A stretch of 61,065 nt of DNA, filler included, from Chthonomonadaceae bacterium (GCA_035650735.1; 3 parts of 3 records of this genome joined end to end with filler, not necessarily neighbours in it); one strand, 5' to 3'. Counted from the whole stretch's first letter, positions 9,174-19,603 are shown. Notes: generated by a model from the sequence alone, not told the origin. Translations and numbers: made by a program.

Positions 9174-10673
9174 ATGGCGGCGGAGGCAAAGTTCCTGGCG
9201 TTTGACCTGGGCGCAGAGAGCGGGCGCGGCGTGGTCGGCTTTTTTGATGGCGAGCGACTGCGCCTGGAGGACGTGCATCGCTTCCCCAACGGCGGGGTGC
9301 GCGTGCTGGATACGCTCCACTGGGATGTGCTGTGCCTTTTCGCCGAGCTCAAGCGCGGCTTAGGGATGGCGGTCGCGGCGCATGGCAGGGACTTTGCGGG
9401 CATCGGCCTAGATACCTGGGGGGTGGATTTCGGCCTGCTGGGGCGCGACGATAGGCTGCTTGGCAATCCACGCCACTATCGTGATCACGGCAACGACGGC
9501 ATGCTGGAAGCGGCCTTCGCCATCGTACCGCGCGAGCAGATTTTCGCGCGCACGGGCATCCAGTTCATGCAGTTGAACACCCTCTACCAACTGCTGGCCC
9601 TGAAGACGCAGAATTCGCCGTTGCTGGACATGGCGCAGACCCTCCTGATGATGCCCGACCTCTTCAACTTCTGGCTTACCGGCGAGAAGTCCACCGAGTT
9701 TAGCATCGCCACCACAACCCAGTTCTACGACCCGCAGGGCCGCGTCTGGGCCACCGACCTGCTAGGACGCCTGGGGTTGCCCACGCACCTGCTCACCGAG
9801 ATCGTGCCCACCGCCACGCCCATCGGCGCGCTGCGCGACGACATCGCCGCCGAAGCCGGGTGCGGCCCCATCCCGGTTATCGCGCCCGCCGAGCACGATA
9901 CCGGCTCCGCTGTCGTCGCCGTGCCCGCCTCCACGCCGGATTACGCCTACATCAGCAGCGGCACCTGGTCGCTGATGGGCATCGAGACGCCCGAGCCGCG
10001 CATCTCTGAGCAGACGCTGGCCGCCAACTTCACCAACGAGGGCGGGGCGTGCGGCACGATTCGCCTGCTTAAGAATATCATGGGCCTGTGGCTGGTGCAG
10101 GAGTGCCGCCGCAGCTGGGCGCGGCAGGGCCAGGAATACTCCTATGCCGACCTGGCCGCGCGGGCCGCCGCCTCGCCGCCCTTTGTCTCCCTCATCGAGC
10201 CGGACGATAGAGCCTTCCTTGCGCCCTCGGACATGGTTGCCGAGATACGCGCCTTCTGTGCCCGCACCGGCCAGCCCGAACCCGCCGACGTGGGCGCAAC
10301 GATACGCTGCTGCCTGGAAAGCCTCGCCCTCAAGTACCGCTGGGTGCTGGAACGGCTGGAGGAGTTCCGGAGCGCGCACATCGAGACCATTCATATCGTC
10401 GGCGGCGGCACGCAGAACCAACTCCTCTGCCAGTTGACCGCCGACGCCACCCGCCGCACGGTCATTGCCGGGCCGGTTGAGGCGACGGCCATCGGCAACG
10501 TGCTCATGCAGGCGATGGGACGCGGCCAGATCGGCTCGCTGGAACAGGCGCGAGAGGTGGTGCGCCGCTCGTTTGAGCTTATCACCTACACGCCCGCCGG
10601 GGATGCGTCTGCCTGGGACGCGGCCTATGCGCGGTTCCTGGCCCTCCGGGAACAGACCGGGAATGCCGCCTAG
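9174..10673 (+). CDS. rhaB: Rhamnulokinase (FGGY family)
   Basis: DLGAESGR, DTWGVDFGLL, HDTGSAV, ISSGTWSLMG, NFTNEGG, KNIMGLW, GPVEATAIGN. Confidence 0.9.
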   Translation: MAAEAKFLAFDLGAESGRGVVGFFDGERLRLEDVHRFPNGGVRVLDTLHWDVLCLFAELKRGLGMAVAAHGRDFAGIGLDTWGVDFGLLGRDDRLLGNPRHYRDHGNDGMLEAAFAIVPREQIFARTGIQFMQLNTLYQLLALKTQNSPLLDMAQTLLMMPDLFNFWLTGEKSTEFSIATTTQFYDPQGRVWATDLLGRLGLPTHLLTEIVPTATPIGALRDDIAAEAGCGPIPVIAPAEHDTGSAVVAVPASTPDYAYISSGTWSLMGIETPEPRISEQTLAANFTNEGGACGTIRLLKNIMGLWLVQECRRSWARQGQEYSYADLAARAAASPPFVSLIEPDDRAFLAPSDMVAEIRAFCARTGQPEPADVGATIRCCLESLALKYRWVLERLEEFRSAHIETIHIVGGGTQNQLLCQLTADATRRTVIAGPVEATAIGNVLMQAMGRGQIGSLEQAREVVRRSFELITYTPAGDASAWDAAYARFLALREQTGNAA

Positions 10674-10783
10674 CGCGGGTTCCTGCTTGCGATCCTTTCC
10701 CTGCTTTATGCGATCAGTTCTCGGAACTTGCCGTCTGCTTGCGGCGTAGCGTGAAGAGAACAATTTTAATGAAGGAGTCTCTG

Positions 10784-11260
10784 ATGTCCGCTTTACAGCC
10801 CAAACAGCATCTGCGCGAGATGATCCAGAGCGCGCGCCATCGTCTCGTGAACGACCTCAAAGCCATTCCCGCAGAGAAGCAAAACGAGCGTCCCGGCGGG
10901 TGCGCCCGTTCTGCGCTGCACATTGTCGCCGAGTGCGCCACCCTCAACGGCACGATTGCCACTTTTCTCCGCACTGGAACGATGAACCGACTTTCTCGCG
11001 AAGAGCGCGAGGCGCACTTGCGCTCCTTTGATACGGAGGAGACAGCTCTGGCTTATCTGGAGCAGGAGACCCAACGTCTGCTGGAGGCAGTGGATACTCT
11101 GGATGAGAACACGCTGGGGGATGTTTCCACTGAACCGCTGGGCCGCCCGATGAGCCGCTTCGCTCTGGCCGGGTTGCCCGCTGGGCATATGATGTACCAC
11201 GACGGCCAGCTCAACTATATTCAAACGCTGCACGGCGACGATAAAATACACTGGAGTTAA
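10784..11260 (+). CDS. DinB family protein
   Basis: ARSALHIVAEC and HMMYHDGQLNYIQ motifs; AAGGAG RBS. Confidence 0.8.
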   Translation: MSALQPKQHLREMIQSARHRLVNDLKAIPAEKQNERPGGCARSALHIVAECATLNGTIATFLRTGTMNRLSREEREAHLRSFDTEETALAYLEQETQRLLEAVDTLDENTLGDVSTEPLGRPMSRFALAGLPAGHMMYHDGQLNYIQTLHGDDKIHWS

Positions 11261-11332
11261 ATGCAGCGTGGCGGCAACACGAAAGTGGCAATGTGGCGTC
11301 AAGCCATCCTGGGAGTCCGTCTAAGAGGCGGT

Positions 11333-11480
11333 GCCCGGCCCTAAAGGACCGGGCTGCGGACGGCAAGCCCGCTAAAGCGGGCTAAGAGAGGTGGGTTAGT
11401 CCCCTTCAGGGGTTACAAGAAGGAAGGTTAGCCCCCTTCAGGGGGCTTGCCGTCCGCAGCCCACTCGTTTACGGGTGGGC
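11333..11480. repeat. Nested palindromic REP-like element
   Basis: Perfect 20-bp inverted repeat 11351-11370 / 11443-11462 with internal and flanking hairpins, between convergent genes. Confidence 0.8.
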
Positions 11481-11499
11481 TGCCAGAAGGTGTCCCACA

Positions 11500-12021
11500 C
11501 TAAAGGGCATCTTTCGGATACCAACGGTATTCACGTGCTGGAAAGAGCGCTGCCAGCACGTTGACCGCCGCCTCCCAGGAGCCTATCGTCTTCACGAGTA
11601 GATTGGAATGCCGCGCTTTGCCGAAGAGCGGATCAATCGTTTGCGCGTGGGTCAGGCGCACTTGAATTGAGGGTGTTGCTCTGTCGGCTTCCTCCGTAAG
11701 AGTAAGCTGTCCATTCAGGGCCTCTATAGAAATATGGCCGACTTCACTTTCGATATAGAGGCTTCCTGCCCATTGGCCCAGCACCGGCAGGCCCTCCAGA
11801 AGCATCTGACGGTCCGCGATCTGTACGGCGCAAACGACCTGCCCATCCAGGACAGCGACACGTGTGTTCTCGACGGCAAAACGGGTGTCGTGCGTAAGCC
11901 GGCCCTTGCACCAGTCCACCACTCCCGGAAAACGGTCGCGATTATTGGCGGCAAAAGCGGCTCCGATACAGAGTGCCGCCGCCTCCAATTCCTCAGAGTG
12001 CGCTCCACGAACTTCTAGCAT
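11500..12021 (-). pseudogene. Eis-like GNAT acetyltransferase with probable internal deletion
   Basis: N-terminal GNAT start (..DGQVVCAVQI.DRQMLLEG) joins directly to an SCP2-like C-terminus (ALFPAREYRWYPKD); acetyl-CoA motif missing. Confidence 0.55.
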
Positions 12022-12039
12022 TGTGGTATTTTGCGTGGT

Positions 12040-12849
12040 TTAGTAGTGGGTTGCGCCGTGGGGCGGCAGCGGCAGTACCCAGATGTTGCGGTAGCGCACC
12101 TTCGTGCCGTGATCTTGAAGGCGGATAGGGGCGGGCCGGCTGAAGTCCTCGTCCGGGGCGGGCTCATGGCCGTCCGTTGGCCCCCGGATCTCCTGGTTGT
12201 TCTGAACGACGATGCCGTTTTGCAGGACGGTGACGCGCGCATGATCGACCATCTTATGGTTCTCATCGTAGCGGGGCGCGCGGAAGATAATATCGTAGGT
12301 CTGCCATTGCAGCGGGGGCTTGCAGGCGTTGATCAGCGGGGCCGCCTGGCTGTAGACCGCGCCACAGTCGCCCGTGCCGGGGTCGGGAAGGCCATAGGAA
12401 TCGAGTACCTGGATCTCGTAGTGGTTGTCCAGGAAGACGCCGCTGTTGCCGCGCTTCTGCCCATGCGCGTTCGGCATATAGGGCACGCGGAACTCAACGT
12501 GCAGGTAGTAGTCCGTGAACTTTTCCTTGCTGGCGATGTCGCCGCCGCCCGTCTCCATGGCCCCATCTCTGATCTTCCAGGCCGCCGGTTCGTCCGAGCC
12601 GTACCGTACCCAGTTCGCGCGCACGTCCTCTTCCTTGCCTGCAAAGAGCACATGCACACCTTTTGCCATGGGCGGGGGCGGCACGGGAGCCGTCTCCCTT
12701 CCCCGCTCCTCAGCCCCCTGGACCGTCTTGGCGCCGCCGCGATGCCCACCGAACGCCGCCGGAGCCAGCGCCGCCAGACCGACCGCTGCCAGCAGGGCGA
12801 ACCATCCTGACCGTAATGTGACTATCTGCCGCGCTTTCGCATACTTCAT
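12040..12849 (-). CDS. DUF1080 / 3-keto-disaccharide hydrolase family secreted protein
   Basis: LHVEF, RGNSGVFL..HYEIQVLDS, WQTYDI, LQDHG..VRYRNIW; signal peptide. Confidence 0.9.
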   Translation of the reverse strand: MKYAKARQIVTLRSGWFALLAAVGLAALAPAAFGGHRGGAKTVQGAEERGRETAPVPPPPMAKGVHVLFAGKEEDVRANWVRYGSDEPAAWKIRDGAMETGGGDIASKEKFTDYYLHVEFRVPYMPNAHGQKRGNSGVFLDNHYEIQVLDSYGLPDPGTGDCGAVYSQAAPLINACKPPLQWQTYDIIFRAPRYDENHKMVDHARVTVLQNGIVVQNNQEIRGPTDGHEPAPDEDFSRPAPIRLQDHGTKVRYRNIWVLPLPPHGATHY

Positions 12850-13114
12850 AACGCTTCCTTTCCTCCCTGATGATCTCCCGGAAGGGTGTCGTACGCTTTC
12901 CGCCCTGTCTGCCAGCCAGGTCTCGCTGCCGGACGCGGCGCAGGCGTGGACCACTCCAGACCGGGGCTTGCTATTCCTTCCTTTTTTCAATAAGGTCGCC
13001 GCTCGTTCCTCCGCCAAGATACCTTCAGGCAAGAAGGAAACAGGGAATTAAAAAGCGAGGAGAAACTAACTCCACGCCGTGCCTTGCCGTCTCAATGTAC
13101 AGAGGAGAAACGGA

Positions 13115-13720
13115 ATGCTGAGCGAGAGGGTAGAGCCGTTGCAGACGGTTATGCAGAGCGACATTCCCGAAGATCGTGAAGAGGCCGGTCAGATAGCGCG
13201 CGCCCAGTCAGGAGACGCAGCGGCGATTGACTGGCTGCTCGCGCGCTACCGGAATCGAGTCGTGCGGCTGGCCACTCATATTCTCCGCCGTCCGGGCGAA
13301 GCGGAAGATGTCGCGCAGGAGGCGTTTGTACGCGCCTTCCGCAACCTGCGCTCCTTTCGCGGCGAAGGACGCTTCTATTCCTGGCTCTACCAGATTGTCG
13401 TTCGGATCTGCCTGGACCGGCGGCAGTCCTCGCGCTGGAACGCCGAAACCCCGCTGGAACCGGTGTCCGAGACGCTAGAATCCACCGATACGGCGCTGGG
13501 GGATGTGGAGACACGCCTCCTGGTGGAAGCGTTGCTGGATCAACTGACTCCGCAAAATCGCGCGATGCTGGTGCTGCGGGAGTTAGAGGGATTGGAGTAC
13601 GAAGAGATCGCCCGCGTGCTGGGGATTCCTGTCGGGCGCGTTCGCTGGCGGCTGCACGCGGCGCGCGCTCAGTTTCAGGAGTTCTGGCGCAATGCCCAAC
13701 AGGAGGCCGATCATGTTTAA
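13115..13720 (+). CDS. ECF RNA polymerase sigma factor
   Basis: AEDVAQEAF, FYSWLYQI (region 2); LRELEGLEYEEIA..LGIPVGRV (region 4). Confidence 0.92.
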   Translation: MLSERVEPLQTVMQSDIPEDREEAGQIARAQSGDAAAIDWLLARYRNRVVRLATHILRRPGEAEDVAQEAFVRAFRNLRSFRGEGRFYSWLYQIVVRICLDRRQSSRWNAETPLEPVSETLESTDTALGDVETRLLVEALLDQLTPQNRAMLVLRELEGLEYEEIARVLGIPVGRVRWRLHAARAQFQEFWRNAQQEADHV

Positions 13721-14192
13721 AGCACCCGAGGAGAACGAGGCCGACAGAGCGCTGCGGCGTGGACTGAGGAGCTTGCCCGTTCCGGCACTCTCGGCGGATT
13801 TTGATGCGCGCGTACGCGCCGCCTTGCGCCGCCCGACCCCCTGGTGGCAGCGGCTCTGGACGCCCGTTCGGCCCGTCCTGTCTATGGCGGCCTGTTCCTG
13901 CGGCGTGACTCTGGCACTCCTGCACTGGTTCACCGCAATACCTCTCGTCCCGCCAGGGCCATCGCATTTCGGCGCTCTGGACGCTGTTGCCTCCGCCAGA
14001 GGACGCGCCCGCCTGGAGGCGCTCGACAGGCAGATCGACGGGATGGAGCTATCCACCGCAACGCTGCGGGGCCTCTCTGCCGTGGAGCGGCCCCCGCTCG
14101 CAACGCAAAACAGCGCGCCACCCGCGCCGCCGGAACCGCGCCATGCGGCTCCCGAACGCCGCTCCCAAATGGCGACGCCCCCGACCGCGTGA
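13713..14192 (+). CDS. Putative anti-sigma factor (single TM)
   Basis: Overlaps the sigma gene stop; LRSLPVPALSADFDARV followed by one TM helix. Confidence 0.6.
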   Translation: MFKAPEENEADRALRRGLRSLPVPALSADFDARVRAALRRPTPWWQRLWTPVRPVLSMAACSCGVTLALLHWFTAIPLVPPGPSHFGALDAVASARGRARLEALDRQIDGMELSTATLRGLSAVERPPLATQNSAPPAPPEPRHAAPERRSQMATPPTA

Positions 14193-14266
14193 GGAGATAA
14201 GGGGACGAAAGCACGCCGAAAGTTCCACCTGACGACACGCCTCTATCGCGTGAGGAGATACATAGC

Positions 14267-16210
14267 ATGGAGACGCCGAAACGCTACCTTCCCAGGCTCG
14301 CAGGACTCTCTCTTGGAGTGCTGCTTGCGCTCTGGATATGGCCTGCGACCCGCTGGCTGATCCGCTCGCAGTTTGCCCTGGCTACTCCGATATACTCCGC
14401 CATAGCCCCCTCCTGTCCCGCCGGCCCGGTTTGTCCGGAGAGCGCCCCTTATCTCCGGCAGGCAACACAGGAGACGCCGAACAGCCCTCACTACTTTGCC
14501 AAAGCACTAGAGGAGACGGCGGCGCAGCATCCGGACAACTATCTGTTCCAGTTGGCGGCGGTGGTCACCGTCAACGCCGCGAAGGAGCCGCTGACCTCCG
14601 TGACGAAGGTAGATCGCCTCCGCGCGCTGGAAGCGCGCTTTCCGAACCGTCCCTCGCTCTACGCCAATATCCTGCGCTATGCGACTCAGGATCAGGTCGT
14701 GATCCATCGGGACGAGCCGGCGATGCTCACGGGGGAGCCTGCGCCGCAACTCGGTACGGATCGGCAGACGCAAAGCAGTACGCCCGAACCGCTTGCCGCC
14801 TTTGACCGGGATGCCGCCGAGGGCGAGCGCCTGGACTCGGACAACGCCTATTTCCCCCTGATGCGCGCCGTCGGCCTCTTTGCGGCGCACCGCGATGACG
14901 ATGCGCTTGCCGCGCTCTCCCGCGCCGCGCAGAAACCGGTGTGGGCCGAATACTACAACGATGAGGTGGAGGGCGAATGGCTGTTACAGGAAGCGGCGCT
15001 TGGACACACTAGCGCCCTATCCAGGGAGGTGCTGGCGTTCTCGCTCCCCTTGCCCCATTATCATGCGCTTCGTGCCGCGAGCCGCATCGCGGTCTTCAAA
15101 GCTGTGGAGGCAGAGCAGGCGGGCCATATTGAGGAGGGGCTTGCCATTCGCCGTGCGGTGCAGCATTGCGCCAGCCTGATGCGGGCGCAGTCTCCGTGCG
15201 CGCTCGGTTCTGTAGTTGGCATCTCGCTTTTTTCTGACTCTCTGCTGCGGCCCGGAGGCACGCCGGCCCGACGTTCCGGCAGTTCGGCGCAACCGGCACA
15301 AGTGATACGGGAGCAGCGTATCCGCGACTTTGATGCCTACCTCCGGCGGATCGGCCACTCTGCTGAGAGCGCCGGGCTGTACGCGGAGATCGCTGCCGGA
15401 CAACAGGCACGGCAGATTTTACGGCTCAGCATGGACCGCGATCCTCTGGGGCCGACCTCTCTTCTTACTCTCTGTGCCTGGTGGATAGCAGACCTGCTGC
15501 TGCTTTCCAATGCGCTCTGGATGCTCCTTCTGAGCGGAGCGGCGGCGCTTCTCAGGCAGCATCCTCGCATCCGGAGCGGAAAGGGCCTGTCCCCCTATGC
15601 ACGACGCGGCTGCGCCCTCGGCATCCTCGCCTCCGGGATATTAGCCGCCCTCGCCGTTGTCCACAACGCGCTTCCAGGGCCGGGCACATGGCTGGTATTG
15701 GCGCTGGTCTGCGGAACGCTTGCCCTGATCCTTCCAGGACTTTCCAGGGCGGAAAAACTGCGCAGCCTGGGAGTTTTCGGCGTCACCCTGGCTGTTCTGG
15801 GAGGGCTGGGAGCGGCGTACTTCCGACAGACAGCCGGCGTGCTGGGCGGCATTATGCCGGTCATACAGCTCGTTCAGATAAACATGGACGGCGCAAAGGG
15901 AGCGGATCTGACGCGGGCGCTCTTGCCGCTGCTCCTCGGCAGCGGTATCGTCGTGCCGTTCCTGCTGCTGCTCACACTGGGCATCCTGAGCCTGAAATGG
16001 CGGGTGCCGTTGTCGGTGGGCCTGTCGCGCGGCCTGCGGGGCAGCGCCGTGCCCATCACCTGCGCGCTCGTCCTGGTATACGCCGTTCTGGTTCCTCTCA
16101 CCATGCGCCAGGAGAGCGTCAGCGATAAGGGACTGAAACGCTGGATCGTTCATGAAGGCCGCTATCTCGCGGAGTCTATCGGGAAGACCTGGCCCGGCCC
16201 TACTCTGTGA
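14267..16210 (+). CDS. Hypothetical membrane protein with helical soluble domain and C-terminal TM bundle
   Basis: 647-aa ORF with GAGGAG RBS; DSDNAYFPL TPR-like motif; about 7 C-terminal hydrophobic helices. Confidence 0.75.
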   Translation: METPKRYLPRLAGLSLGVLLALWIWPATRWLIRSQFALATPIYSAIAPSCPAGPVCPESAPYLRQATQETPNSPHYFAKALEETAAQHPDNYLFQLAAVVTVNAAKEPLTSVTKVDRLRALEARFPNRPSLYANILRYATQDQVVIHRDEPAMLTGEPAPQLGTDRQTQSSTPEPLAAFDRDAAEGERLDSDNAYFPLMRAVGLFAAHRDDDALAALSRAAQKPVWAEYYNDEVEGEWLLQEAALGHTSALSREVLAFSLPLPHYHALRAASRIAVFKAVEAEQAGHIEEGLAIRRAVQHCASLMRAQSPCALGSVVGISLFSDSLLRPGGTPARRSGSSAQPAQVIREQRIRDFDAYLRRIGHSAESAGLYAEIAAGQQARQILRLSMDRDPLGPTSLLTLCAWWIADLLLLSNALWMLLLSGAAALLRQHPRIRSGKGLSPYARRGCALGILASGILAALAVVHNALPGPGTWLVLALVCGTLALILPGLSRAEKLRSLGVFGVTLAVLGGLGAAYFRQTAGVLGGIMPVIQLVQINMDGAKGADLTRALLPLLLGSGIVVPFLLLLTLGILSLKWRVPLSVGLSRGLRGSAVPITCALVLVYAVLVPLTMRQESVSDKGLKRWIVHEGRYLAESIGKTWPGPTL

Positions 16211-16233
16211 ACATCACGAATGGATGTTCACAG
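16205..16233. terminator. Inverted repeat (terminator or operator)
   Basis: ctgtgaacatc / gatgttcacag 11-bp stem at gene end. Confidence 0.4.
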
Positions 16234-16364
16234 CCCTGCATAAAACGGTAGACACTCCCAGCCGTGTGGATCAACCTCACGCAGCCTGCTGCTGAGGAGA
16301 TACGTCAACACTGTTGGGAGGGATTACCCATAAAACAAGCTCATGTAAAATTCCCACTCGATAG

Positions 16365-16630
16365 TTGCCCGCGCAGGCGGGCAACGGGCCTCGCTAGGCG
16401 GAGGTTCCGAACCGTTGTAGGCCCGACCCTGAAGCGGCAGGCTAAACCCTGCCGCTCGGGGGCGCAAAGCGCCCGTCACCCACCTACGTGGGCGACAAAG
16501 ATGGCTTGCCCGCGTAGGTGTCGCTAGGCGGAGGCGCGAACCGTTGAGCGCCGACCCTAGCAGTCAACGAGCCGAAGGCTCCACAGCGGCAGGGTTTAGC
16601 CTGCCGGGAAAGGCAGGCAGGGCGAAAGGA
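16365..16630. repeat. Composite REP-like cluster (families A, B, F)
   Basis: ttgcccgcgcaggcgggcaa; two tcgctaggcggagg..gaaccgttg..ccgaccct units; two inverted copies of agcggcagggtttagcctgccg. Confidence 0.8.
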
Positions 16631-16712
16631 TGGCATAAAAGCGCGGCCCGGCCACAGATTTTACACATCTGTGGCCGGGCCGATTTGTCAGGTGCTTGCG
16701 GTTGGCTGTGCG

Positions 16713-17864
16713 TTAATTGCTGTTGGCCGTTGCCGCCAGGGAAGACGCCGGAACGAAAGCCGCCTCGCTCCCGTCGCGCGGGGCAAAGAAGCTCTTGCAG
16801 AACGCATCGCAGGAGGCGCAGGTCTTGGTCGGCGCGATATGCTTCTTGGCTAGCTCCCGGTTGCGCTGGAAGAACTCGTTGTTCCATATCTCGGAGAAGG
16901 GCCGCTCCAGCAGGTTGCCGTAGGAGTAGGTCTCCTTGAACGGCGTGCAGCAGCCCAGCGTGATCTCGCCGCTATAGGTGACGCGGAAGTTATCGCCCCA
17001 GAAGAACTGGCAGTCAAAGGGCCGCTTGGGATCGCTCCACGAAATGTCCGGGGATGGGAACGACTTGCAGCGTACGCCCAGCTCCTCCATGCGCTTCCAG
17101 GCCGCGTCGAGCTCGCGCTTATACGAGTCCGGCGTGCGCTTGTTCTTGAAGCCCCAGTCGTAGGAGGCGTAGGTGATGCAGTTGAGGAAGTCCACGCTGA
17201 ACTCCGCCGCCTGCTCCACGAACGGCACCAACTCGCCCTCGTTGTCGTTGAGCATGACGAAGTTCATGCCGATCATCGGGAAGCGCGCCCGCGTCTCCTG
17301 CCGGACGCGCACCAGCCGCCGGATGTTCTCATGCAGGACATCCAGCTTGCCGCCGCGCCGCACGCGCCGGTAGGTGTCGGGATAGGCCGCGTCAATGCTG
17401 ATGTTCAACTCGGTCAGGCCGCAGTTCATCAGCCGGTACGCCTTCTCCTCGTTGATGAGCATCCCGTTGCTGTAGATGCCGATCTTGCACCAGGGCCGCT
17501 CCTTGCGGCTGTACTCGACGACCTCGAAGAAGTGCTTGTACATCATCGGCTCGCCGAAGCCGTTGAGCGAGAGATTCATCACGTAGGGAAACTGCGCCAG
17601 GATTTTCTTATAGTTCTCGAAATCCATATCGCCCAGCTTATAGGGCTTGAGACCGAGCGAGCGCAGGCACTGGATGCAGGCCAGGTTGCAGCGGTTGGTC
17701 ATCTCGATCTCGATGCCGGGCGGGTGGCTGTGCATGACCAGCGGGCGCTCTGCCGCCTCCTTCTGGTGCAGGCGGTAGTTCGCCAGCACTTTCGGGTGCA
17801 GCAATATATTGTAAGCGCCGTTCTCTTTCAGCTTTCTGTAATTGGTAACGATGGAGTCTAGCAT
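16713..17864 (-). CDS. Radical SAM protein with SPASM/twitch domain
   Basis: CNLACIQC motif, GFGEP, C-terminal C....GEITLGCC...YGNL...IWN...CASC. Confidence 0.9.
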   Translation of the reverse strand: MLDSIVTNYRKLKENGAYNILLHPKVLANYRLHQKEAAERPLVMHSHPPGIEIEMTNRCNLACIQCLRSLGLKPYKLGDMDFENYKKILAQFPYVMNLSLNGFGEPMMYKHFFEVVEYSRKERPWCKIGIYSNGMLINEEKAYRLMNCGLTELNISIDAAYPDTYRRVRRGGKLDVLHENIRRLVRVRQETRARFPMIGMNFVMLNDNEGELVPFVEQAAEFSVDFLNCITYASYDWGFKNKRTPDSYKRELDAAWKRMEELGVRCKSFPSPDISWSDPKRPFDCQFFWGDNFRVTYSGEITLGCCTPFKETYSYGNLLERPFSEIWNNEFFQRNRELAKKHIAPTKTCASCDAFCKSFFAPRDGSEAAFVPASSLAATANSN

Positions 17865-17998
17865 GATCTGCCTATATCTCCCTGCAACAGCAGCGGTGCC
17901 CGGTTCCCGGCGAGGCCTGGATCTCTCCAGGCATTCAGGAAGGCCGGAGCGAGGCGTAGTTCTCGGCTCTTACGGCCCGGACGCCGCCTAAATCCGGC

Positions 17999-19603
17999 TT
18001 ATTTACTCCGCAGCGTCAGCGGAATCTTTTCGATATGGCGGTCGGCAATGCTGCTTGGCACGTTGATCGTCGGCGAACCCTTCCGGCGGCGATAGGCCAC
18101 CGCCGCGCGGACGTAGGCGAGGGCCAGACGGCGCGGGATCAGGTGAATCTGGGTCCTGAGCACCGCTTTCCAGCCGGACTTGCGCGCCCAGTGCAGGCGA
18201 TAGGGAATGACCAGTTCCAGCCGCGCCCACAGCCGCGCCAGCCCCAGATCGCTGGCCGTCAGGAAGCGCGACCGCACCGTGGGCTCGTAGCTGTTCCACT
18301 TCTCGTAGGTCATCTCTTTGTCCAGCAGGCCCTCTTGCAGCGCGCGGTAGTACATGGGCGTGCCGGGGAACGGCGTCATCACTGTAAAGGCGCACTCGCA
18401 TGGCATCGTCTTGGAGTACTCGATGGTGCGCTGCACCGTCTCCCAGCTCTCCTCCGGCGCCCCGATGACGAAGGTTCCGAAGACGTGAATGCCCAGCGAG
18501 TCGGCATAGGCGATCTTCTTGCCCAGGATTTCATTGATCTTGATTTTCTGGCCGATGCTTTCCAGGCACTCCTCGTCGGCGGTCTCGATGCCGGTCGTTA
18601 TCGTCTTGACGCCCGCCTTTGCCATCAGCTCGATCAGCGGGTCGTCTACCACTTCCAGGCTGACCTCGACGGTCGCCTCCATCTTGACGCCGCGCTCGAT
18701 CACCTTCGTCAGGATCTCGCGCACCAGCTTGCGGTTGAAGCCGAAATTGGGGTCGCGGAACCGCCAGTGCGTAATGCCCCAGGTTTTGTTGAGCCATTCC
18801 ATCTCGGCCACGACACGGTCGGCGGTGCTGACGCGCAGCGGGCGGCCCTCATGGAGCATGTAGGGGCACATGGTACAGCCGATGGGGCAGCCCCGGCTCG
18901 CGGTGACGTAGACGTGACAGTCCTTCGGGTCGCCCGTCGGGCTGTAGCGGTGCAGAGGCAGCAGGTGATAGGCGGGGAACGGCACCTCGGCCAGGTTCTC
19001 CACCAGCACCCAGTCCTTGAACTTCTTTTGCAGCGAGCCGTCGTAGAGCCTGTCGCCCTCCAGCGGCACGTAGGTCTTCGGGTCCAGCACGCCTTTCTGT
19101 TCGCGCCAGCTCTCTCCCTCGGCCCGAAACATCGCGCCGACGATGCCCTCCGGCTCGCCATAGATCACGGCGTCGGCCTGCGTCTGGCGGCACCAGTGGT
19201 CCAGCGTGGTCATGATGACGGAGCCGAACAGGAAGAGCCGGATATGGGGCAGGCGCTGCTTGATGCGGTTAGAGAAGGCCAGATCCGCCGGCAGCGTCGG
19301 GATAGAAAGGCGCACGCCCACCCAGATCTCGTCTTCCGGCCCGGCCTCGCGCCGGATCGTCTCGATGGTAAAGTTCAGCGCGGCCTCGTCTTGGAGGTGC
19401 TCCAGGAGCAGGTCAATGACGCTGGTTTTCAGCCCGCACTGCTCCCCGACCGCCGCCGTCAGCATCATGTCCGGCGGGGGCAGAAACAGGTAAGGCTTCT
19501 CCCAGAACTTGAGCTTGCGCGAAACGCCCAGCCCTCCAGAAAGCGAGCGTTCGTTGGAGTAACCGCGCCGTTCCGGCGGATTGACCAGGAAAAGGTACCG
19601 CAT
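17999..19603 (-). CDS. B12-binding radical SAM protein
   Basis: N-terminal cobalamin-binding-like domain (GEPEG), SRGCPIGCTMC, GIET, TPFPGTP. Confidence 0.88.
   Translation of the reverse strand: MRYLFLVNPPERRGYSNERSLSGGLGVSRKLKFWEKPYLFLPPPDMMLTAAVGEQCGLKTSVIDLLLEHLQDEAALNFTIETIRREAGPEDEIWVGVRLSIPTLPADLAFSNRIKQRLPHIRLFLFGSVIMTTLDHWCRQTQADAVIYGEPEGIVGAMFRAEGESWREQKGVLDPKTYVPLEGDRLYDGSLQKKFKDWVLVENLAEVPFPAYHLLPLHRYSPTGDPKDCHVYVTASRGCPIGCTMCPYMLHEGRPLRVSTADRVVAEMEWLNKTWGITHWRFRDPNFGFNRKLVREILTKVIERGVKMEATVEVSLEVVDDPLIELMAKAGVKTITTGIETADEECLESIGQKIKINEILGKKIAYADSLGIHVFGTFVIGAPEESWETVQRTIEYSKTMPCECAFTVMTPFPGTPMYYRALQEGLLDKEMTYEKWNSYEPTVRSRFLTASDLGLARLWARLELVIPYRLHWARKSGWKAVLRTQIHLIPRRLALAYVRAAVAYRRRKGSPTINVPSSIADRHIEKIPLTLRSK

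Noticed and set aside
14186..14260. 14-bp direct repeat at 61-bp spacing as a CRISPR
   Set aside because: Repeat too short, non-palindromic and consists mostly of a ribosome-binding site
16264..16362. Possible RAYT transposase remnant (EEIRQHCWEGLP) beside the REP cluster
   Set aside because: Similarity too short; no HUH (MPNH.H) motif
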